This document shows positions 62,201-64,000 of a stretch of 64,000 nt of DNA, piece after piece. This DNA is from the human T2T-CHM13v2.0 reference genome, Homo sapiens. The notes below the pieces were generated by a model. That model made no database searches, was not told the origin of the DNA, and worked only from the letters and a program-made list of their open reading frames with translations. Both the position numbers and the translations under genes were made by a program. Location of the stretch: assembly GCF_009914755.1 (NCBI RefSeq), contig NC_060934.1; one strand, written 5' to 3'. Within the stretch, counting starts at the first letter, position 1. Each line of letters starts with the position of its first letter.

Positions 62201-63229
62201 AGTTGGGGAAATAATGGTCAAAGGATACAACATTGCAGCTGGATAAGATGAACATGTTCAAGAGATCTATTGTACAACCCAGTGAGTGGAGTTAATAGAA
62301 CTGTATTCCTGAAAATTGCTTAGAAAGTATTTTGTGTTCTTACCACAAAAAAATGTTAAGTATGTGAAGCAATGCATGTTAATTATCTGGATTCAGCCTT
62401 TCCACAATGTATACATATTTTAAAACATCATGTGGTACATGATAAATAAACACAATTTTATTTGTCATTTAAAAAATTACTTAAGGTTTAGAAAGTAGAA
62501 ATTAGAATAGTTACCTCTTTAAAGATATTTGCACAATTAAAAAGATTTTTCACGTTTCTTTTTTGAAAAGTAACATATATACAATCTAGTACTAAACCTT
62601 AACAGATAGTTATTTTTTTAAGACGACAGAAATGTGAACATTTTACTTCTGATGAAGAGAATCTATAAGAGAGAAAGATGGTGATGCTAAACAAATGAGA
62701 AATTATAATTATTAAAATACAACAAGGTATCTGGGATAGAAGCAAGACAGGTGGAAAGATTCACTCATGCTTTGCCCTGCCAGGAGGGAATATTCCAGTA
62801 TAATGGGCAGAAAGGAAGAAAACATAGAATGAATGCAGTATGATTAAAAGTCTGGTGATAGGATAAGGATGCATCTCTAGTCTAGTGGCTTCAATTTTCT
62901 CAGCAAAGTAGGAGGACAATTCTGATAGTAAGGAAGGAATGGCAGGATTTTAGGTTTGAGAGGGTGAAGCGGGTGAAAGCACTGCAGAGACACTGAGGGA
63001 GATAACTAGGAATTACAGAAGAATTGTCAAAGAGCATTGAAGCCTCAAAACTCATCTTAAGTTGGATAAGTACACAATTTTAGGAGCAGTGATAGGTAAA
63101 TGGCAGAAAGTATATACAAGTATTAAGTAACTTCAGGCTCAATTCCATCCACCGAAATGTTGGGACTTACAGAAAAGCAGATTCAATATGGAAGACGTGG
63201 CTCATATCTGTCATAGGAATAATAGAAGA

Positions 63230-63415
63230 AGTAGTAGTAAACGTTTATTGAGTACTTACTGAATCTTCTGTTTAAATGTTTTACATAAATTTTAGTACAC
63301 GGCCAGTAAATAGTGTTATTATTTTCAGTGTTCTAATGAGAAAACCACAGCACAAAGAAGTTGAGTAATTTTCCCAAGGTCAACCAGCTACAAAGTGCAG
63401 AGTTTTAAACAGTGA
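63230..63415 (-). mobile_element. MIR
   Basis: tttattgagtacttac...aatgagaaaacc...agttgagtaattttcccaaggtca. Confidence 0.7.
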
Positions 63416-63419
63416 ATCC

Positions 63420-63830
63420 AATGCATGTCCAGAGAAAAGTGAGCAGGACAGCAAAGGATCTCTGCAATATAAGGAAGAATTAGATAATTGAGGATATTTT
63501 GCCTAAATAAGACAGGCAGCAGCAAATAACGATTGCTTCAATACTTAAGTAGTTGCTATATGGAAAAGGAATTAGAGTTTTACATTATGTTTCTTCAGGG
63601 AGCAAAACTAAAACTAATATGCAGAAGCTGCAATGAAGTAGATTTCATCTGGAAAGAATGATTTTTGTAGCCATGAGAAATACAGGTGAAGTAGAAGGAG
63701 CAGCTTCAGAAAGTGAAGTTCCAGTGACCAAGGAGTTTGAGCCCAGAAAGGGATGTTAGGAAGGACTTTATACATAGGTGAGAGAGGACTTGCTAGTTTA
63801 TGTAAAGTTCAACACCCATTCTAACACTGA
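63420..63830 (+). mobile_element. L3/CR1 relic
   Basis: gcatgtccagaga...ttcaatacttaagtagttgctatatggaaaaggaattaga...cagaagctgcaatgaagtagattt. Confidence 0.6.
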
Positions 63831-64000
63831 AAGTCTGCCTCTAGTGTGCATTTTATTAACCCCAATAAACATTTACTTTTTTATTTTCTCCCCAGAGTAA
63901 GCATGTTGGCAGATACATGAAGCACTTGGATCCATGTCATGACAATATTTGGATATAACAGATAAGACATAATGCTTTGCCAGGACTGCTAGACCTGGGC

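Larger units (their letters stand above)
56482..62478 (+). mobile_element. L1MA6-type element: 5'UTR, ORF1 deleted, degenerate ORF2, 3'UTR; interrupted by LTR12
   Basis: Start aagatggtggaa; jump to EN motif (atagcaggggactcaaatatccca) at ~57221; 3'UTR gttcaagagatctattgtacaac...ttccacaatgtatacatatttt. Confidence 0.8.

Noticed and set aside
56451-62508. AAAGTAGAAAT(A/T)AGAAT on both sides of the L1MA6 as its TSD
   Set aside because: Plausible but offset from the apparent element ends and in A-rich sequence; not secure enough to call.

Overview
Human/primate genomic DNA, AT-rich and dominated by repeats. The only protein-coding sequence I can support is one 93-nt exon on the minus strand (28961-29053). 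It is missing from the ORF track and encodes VANLACSMSTNEDGIKIVKIAANHLETLCPQ, which I recognise as alpha-T-catenin (CTNNA3; exon 10 from my recollection of the gene structure). The rest of the window is therefore the two flanking giant introns. Contents: several L1s (L1MA-type, a near full-length L1PA15/16-type nested in an L1MA3/4-type, a 5'-truncated L1PA3-type, L1MA6-type, L1MC2-type), 9 near-full-length Alus plus one fragment, an LTR12 solo LTR in the same orientation as the gene, MaLR/LTR16 LTRs, DNA-transposon fossils (MER63, MER5, MER20, MER58A, MER102, MER1B, MADE1), L2/MIR/L3 relics, a U13 snoRNA retrocopy and microsatellites. Almost all supplied ORFs are repeat-derived or spurious. 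I see no novel multi-gene system. The most unusual signals are small: four locally templated inverted-repeat structures (17.4, 45.6, 51.5 and 51.9 kb), a probable ancient L1 3' transduction, and a sense LTR12 that could act as an intragenic promoter upstream of the exon. Repeat subfamily names come from recalled consensus motifs, not from an alignment run.
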